A stretch of 64,000 bases of DNA, from the NCBI GenBank assembly GCA_964016885.1, contig OZ024742.1:127100001-127164000 (forward strand), written 5' to 3'. A model generated the notes under the pieces. The model was not told the DNA's origin. It searched no databases and saw only the letters and a list, made by a program, of their open reading frames with translations. Numbering within the stretch: position 1 is the first letter of the stretch; each line of letters opens with the position of its first letter. The translations under genes and the position numbers were made by a program. Shown here piece after piece: positions 58,074 to 64,000 of the stretch. The DNA comes from Eledone cirrhosa. Taxonomy: Eukaryota.

Positions 58074-58655
58074 GAGATTACATGAATCAAAGTTCTGTTT
58101 AAATCATTTATTTGCTTACAATTGTTTCTTCCAAACCGAGGTTTGGAGTCTTCGGAGCAATTATTCAGTAATTTTTAACATACTTGACCTCCTTTTCAAC
58201 ACAAGAGACATAGAAACATATGTATATATTGACCCACAGTGGGATGATATCCATTATAATAATATAGCATGGTAATTTACATACAAAGATTACAGTCATA
58301 TTAAGGACAAAATTAAAGTTAAAATTAAAATTAAAATTAAAATAAAACATTGGCAATTTACTAAGATAAAGCAAGAGGAAAGTTTGGAGTAGCCAGTGTA
58401 TGCAACAGTCACACGTGTGGTATGCACGCGTGTCCTATTTATACAAGATTATAGTGCGGCAGATTGTTACATGTAAAACCAGCAGTCTATATAACTGCTC
58501 TGTAAAACAACTGATGTTGTTACATTGAGCTATTTATCTTACTGGTAATAAGATAGTAATAAATTACTGTCTTTCACTATTTAGGGTATAAAATATATAT
58601 AACTATAAAAGGTTTTAGTATATACATAACCATAAATAGTATCCTTAATACTATA
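58074..58655 (-). mobile_element. PLE-type 3' end with a hammerhead-like motif
   Basis: HHR at 58112-58160 followed by AATAAA; (TA)n on both sides. Confidence 0.55.
58112..58160 (-). ncRNA. Hammerhead-like motif with U4C core
   Basis: TTGCT-CCGAAGA-C-TCCAAAC-CTCG-GTTTGGA-A-GAAA-CAATTG-TA-AGCAA. Confidence 0.65.
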
Positions 58656-58665
58656 AATATATATG

Positions 58666-59115
<450 letters not shown>

Positions 59116-59359
59116 GTATATACATATATATACATATACATATACATATATATATATATACATATATATACATATACATATATATACATATACATATACA
59201 TATATATATATACATATATATACATATATATACATATACATATATACATATATATACATATATATACATATACATATACATATATATATATATATACATA
59301 TACATATACATATATATATATATACATATACATATATATATATATATACATATATATAC

Positions 59360-59403
<44 letters not shown>

Positions 59404-59420
59404 GTATATATATATATGTG

Positions 59421-59590
<170 letters not shown>

Positions 59591-59683
59591 CACATATATA
59601 TATATACATATACATATACATATATATATATACATATATATATATACATATACATATATATATATATACATATACATATATAC

Positions 59684-59714
<31 letters not shown>

Positions 59715-59786
59715 CATATATACATATATACATATATACATATACATATATACATATATGTATATATATATATGTATATATATATA

Positions 59787-60810
59787 TTGTTATATTTGGG
59801 GAGGGTTATATTTGCGTAATATTGCCAGAATTAATAACAGAACACACTCACTGTTTGGTTGGTTTTCGCTTCTCGCTGTCTTTTATATCTGCGATCTAAC
59901 TTACTCGGTCCTCAATGTTGCCATTGACTGACCGGCGGTCAAAAATAAAACAGATACAATATAGACACAAACACATATATATAGTTTACATAATTTACAT
60001 AAATCTTTCGTTGCACATCTGCAACATCGTCAGTGGTGTTATATTCATTGTTCCTCCTGTTGTGTTGTATGTCTACGCCATTTTTTTGTTCAGTCTGTCT
60101 ATATATTTATTTATTTATTTGCTTGTTTGTTTATCTTATTTTATTTTGTCTTCTTTGCGCATGCGTTTGTGTATAGTGTTATGTGTGATGTGTGACTAGT
60201 GTGTATAGTGTTGTGTCTGCTGGGTGACTAGTGTGTGTTTATGTGCTTGTTGTTATTGTGCTTGTGTATGTATTTATTTATCTTATTTTATTTTATTTTA
60301 TTTACTTATTTATACTTCTCTTAGGTCAGTGTTGTTTGTTTGGGTGTTGTTGTTGTTCCACTCATTCTTTCTGTTTAGCTTTGGTCTTCTAATTTCTATT
60401 TCACTGGCCTCTCTGATTTGCCTATCTGCTGGGTCATTCCTATGTTTAGATATTATTCTAATTTCTATGTTGTCTATGTTACCGTCATGTTGTTGTCTAG
60501 CATGTTCGTATAGTACTGATCCGTTTTTTCGTCCTTTTAGTTCCCCCCAGTGTTGGTCTATCCTTTCACCTATGCTACGAGCTGTCTCACCTATGTATGT
60601 TGTTGTCATGTTTCTGCAAGTACCCTCTGTACATCTTATGCTATAGACTACGTTTCTAGTTTTACAGTTTATCCGGGGGTTCACCTTACATATGATACAT
60701 TTCCTATTGGTACAGTGGGTTTTCTTAAAAGGGTAGGTTTTGCTGATCAGGGATTTTATGGTGGTTCCTGGCTTTTCTACCACCTTTATTTTTAAGTGGG
60801 TCTTTCTCTC
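59787..60810 (-). mobile_element. 5'-truncated PLE with a CCHH-type GIY-YIG domain (Neptune-like)
   Basis: [58 protein letters not shown]; HHR in the 3' region. Confidence 0.8.
59996..60039 (-). ncRNA. pLTR hammerhead motif with eroded stem I
   Basis: CA-CTGACGA-T-GTTGCA-GATG-TGCAAC-GAAA-GATT-TA-TG. Confidence 0.6.
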
Positions 60811-60822
60811 TATATATATAGG

Positions 60823-60857
<35 letters not shown>

Positions 60858-60901
60858 TTAAATATGTATATATATATGTATATATATACATATATATATA
60901 C

Positions 60902-60931
<30 letters not shown>

Positions 60932-60933
<2 letters not shown>

Positions 60934-61350
60934 GTAAGTATGCATGTATACGTACATACATATATGTATACAGACGTACAGTAGCATGCACATATATATA
61001 TATATATACATATATACATACATATGCATACAGGTACACATACATATATGCACGTATCAGTTTAGCGGCGCTAACGTCGCTTTGTTCGTTTGTAAACAAA
61101 CTGAACAGCCTGAATTTATGCCATACGGTGTTAAGGCAACCACGTCACCTTTTTGTTCAACACTGACACAGGAACGATGTACTAGTTTCAAGCTTGTTAG
61201 CTATCATCAGCACCGTTTACCCATCTGCCAGATAGTTGAACGTTCGAAAGTATATACTTTCCTTATGAAAATTAACGGCTGAGCAGCCTAATTTGCATAT
61301 TGAGTGAGTTAAATCGGTCAGGCATACCGAAAACGATAAATTGAAACAAA
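60932..61350 (-). repeat. Inverted partial copy of the 466-bp unit, with an HHR at 61155-61241
   Basis: 60932-61337 is the reverse complement of 61351-61756; the left end abuts (TA)n. Confidence 0.9.
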
Positions 61351-64000
61351 ATCGTTTTCGGTATGCCTGACCGATTTAACTCACTCAATATGCAAATTAG
61401 GCTGCTCAGCCGTTAATTTTCATAAGGAAAGTATATACTTTCGAACGTTCAACTATCTGGCAGATGGGTAAACGGTGCTGATGATAGCTAACAAGCTTGA
61501 AACTAGTACATCGTTCCTGTGTCAGTGTTGAACAAAAAGGTGACGTGGTTGCCTTAACACCGTATGGCATAAATTCAGGCTGTTCAGTTTGTTTACAAAC
61601 GAACAAAGCGACGTTAGCGCCGCTAAACTGATACGTGCATATATGTATGTGTACCTGTATGCATATGTATGTATATATGTATATATATATATATATGTGC
61701 ATGCTACTGTACGTCTGTATACATATATGTATGTACGTATACATGCATACTTACATTTAAGTAAGTGCCATACTAAGAGTGAGAAATGAAATTTCGTTTT
61801 CATTTTGTTTCAATTTATCGTTTTCGGTATGCCTGACCGATTTAACTCACTCAATATGCAAATTAGGCTGCTCAGCCGTTAATTTTCATAAGGAAAGTAT
61901 ATACTTTCGAACGTTCAACTATCTGGCAGATGGGTAAACGGTGCTGATGATAGCTAACAAGCTTGAAACTAGTACATCGTTCCTGTGTCAGTGTTGAACA
62001 AAAAGGTGACGTGGTTGCCTTAACACCGTATGGCATAAATTCAGGCTGTTCAGTTTGTTTACAAACGAACAAAGCGACGTTAGCGCCGCTAAACTGATAC
62101 GTGCATATATGTATGTGTACCTGTATGCATATGTATGTATATATGTATATATATATATATATGTGCATGCTACTGTACGTCTGTATACATATATGTATGT
62201 ACGTATACATGCATACTTACATTTAAGTAAGTGCCATACTAAGAGTGAGAAATGAAATTTCGTTTTCATTTTGTTTCAATTTATCGTTTTCGGTATGCCT
62301 GACCGATTTAACTCACTCAATATGCAAATTAGGCTGCTCAGCCGTTAATTTTCATAAGGAGTATATACTTTCGAACGTTCAACTATCTGGCAGATGGGTA
62401 AACGGTGCCGATGATAGCTAACAAGCTTGAAACTAGTACATCGTTCCTGTGTCAGTGTTGAACAAAAAGGTGACGTGGTTGCCTTAACACCGTATGGCAT
62501 AAATTCAGGCTGTTCAGTTTGTTTACAAACGAACAAAGCGACGTTAGCGCCGCTAAACTGATACGTGCATATATGTATGTGTACCTGTATGCATATGTAT
62601 GTATATATGTATATATATATATATATGTGCATGCTACTGTACGTCTGTATACATATATGTATGTACGTATACATGCATACTTACATTTAAGTAAGTGCCA
62701 TACTAAGAGTGAGAAATGAAATTTCGTTTTCATTTTGTTTCAATTTATCGTTTTCGGTATGCCTGACCGATTTAACTCACTCAATATGCAAATTAGGCTG
62801 CTCAGCCGTTAATTTTCATAAGGAAAGTATATACTTTCGAACGTTCAACTATCTGGCAGATGGGTAAACGGTGCTGATGATAGCTAACAAGCTTGAAACT
62901 AGTACATCGTTCCTGTGTCAGTGTTGAACAAAAAGGTGACGTGGTTGCCTTAACACCGTATGGCATAAATTCAGGCTGTTCAGTTTGTTTACAAACGAAC
63001 AAAGCGACGTTAGCGCCGCTAAACTGATACGTGCATATATGTATGTGTACCTGTATGCATATGTATGTATATATGTATATATATATATATATGTGCATGC
63101 TACTGTACGTCTGTATACATATATGTATGTACGTATACATGCATACTTACATTTAAGTAAGTGCCATACTAAGAGTGAGAAATGAAATTTCGTTTTCATT
63201 TTGTTTCAATTTATCGTTTTCGGTATGCCTGACCGATTTAACTCACTCAATATGCAAATTAGGCTGCTCAGCCGTTAATTTTCATAAGGAAAGTATATAC
63301 TTTCGAACGTTCAACTATCTGGCAGATGGGTAAACGGTGCTGATGATAGCTAACAAGCTTGAAACTAGTACATCGTTCCTGTGTCAGTGTTGAACAAAAA
63401 GGTGACGTGGTTGCCTTAACACCGTATGGCATAAATTCAGGCTGTTCAGTTTGTTTACAAACGAACAAAGCGACGTTAGCGCCGCTAAACTGATACGTGC
63501 ATATATGTATGTGTACCTGTATGCATATGTATGTATATATGTATATATATATATATATGTGCATGCTACTGTACGTCTGTATACATATATGTATGTACGT
63601 ATACATGCATACTTACATTTAAGTAAGTGCCATACTAAGAGTGAGAAATGAAATTTCGTTTTCATTTTGTTTCAATTTATCGTTTTCGGTATGCCTGACC
63701 GATTTAACTCACTCAATATGCAAATTAGGCTGCTCAGCCGTTAATTTTCATAAGGAAAGTATATACTTTCGAACGTTCAACTATCTGGCAGATGGGTAAA
63801 CGGTGCTGATGATAGCTAACAAGCTTGAAACTAGTACATCGTTCCTGTGTCAGTGTTGAACAAAAAGGTGACGTGGTTGCCTTAACACCGTATGGCATAA
63901 ATTCAGGCTGTTCAGTTTGTTTAGAAACGAACAAAGCGACGTTAGCGCCGCTAAACTGATACGTGCATATATGTATGTGTACCTGTATGCATATGTATGT
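61351..64000 (+). repeat. Tandem array of 466-bp hammerhead-containing units (retrozyme-like), at least 5.7 copies, running off the window
   Basis: Units start at 61351, 61817, 62283, 62747, 63213 and 63679 (466, 466, 464, 466, 466 bp); nearly identical. Confidence 0.95.
61447..61533 (+). ncRNA. Type I hammerhead ribozyme of array unit 1 (cores at 61478, 61944, 62408, 62874, 63340, 63806)
   Basis: GTTCAAC..CTGGCA..GG..AACGGTG-CTGATGA-T-AGC-TAACAA-GCT-T-GAAA-CTAG-TA-CATCGTT-CC..TGTCAG..GTTGAAC; predicted cleavage after 61508. Confidence 0.8.

Noticed and set aside
60944-63934. Repeated 112-, 93- and 66-aa ORFs in the array
   Set aside because: They start in TA-rich sequence, the longer two are antisense to the ribozyme, none has a recognisable motif, and one is frameshifted in unit 3.

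Overview
This is eukaryotic (metazoan) repeat-rich DNA; I found no supportable host protein-coding gene. The dense (TA)n/(GA)n/(CA)n microsatellites, the Meta-domain and CORE tRNA-SINEs and the LINE types suggest a mollusc, probably an Octopus-like cephalopod (inference only). Autonomous-type elements: a near-intact Hydra-clade Penelope-like element (PLE, 40131-45128), two 5'-truncated Hydra-type PLEs, a CCHH-type (Neptune-like) PLE 3' end, a CR1/L2-group LINE with open ORF1 and ORF2 (53904-57822), a frameshifted RTE LINE with a PHD-like finger, CRE-like and R4/Dong-like fragments, and a DD37D (maT) Tc1/mariner. Non-autonomous elements: a MITE and nested Helitrons. The most striking signal is RNA structure. 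About 30 type I hammerhead ribozyme (HHR)-like motifs can be folded by eye, from several unrelated repeat families, nearly all in elements inserted into (TA)n. They include (1) a near-identical 466-bp tandem array (61351-64000, plus an inverted copy) with one HHR per unit, a candidate retrozyme/circular-RNA system mobilised by PLE machinery; (2) families carrying the compensatory U3-A8 core variant; and (3) inversion junctions that map to predicted ribozyme cleavage sites. All folds and alignments were done by eye, so boundaries are approximate.
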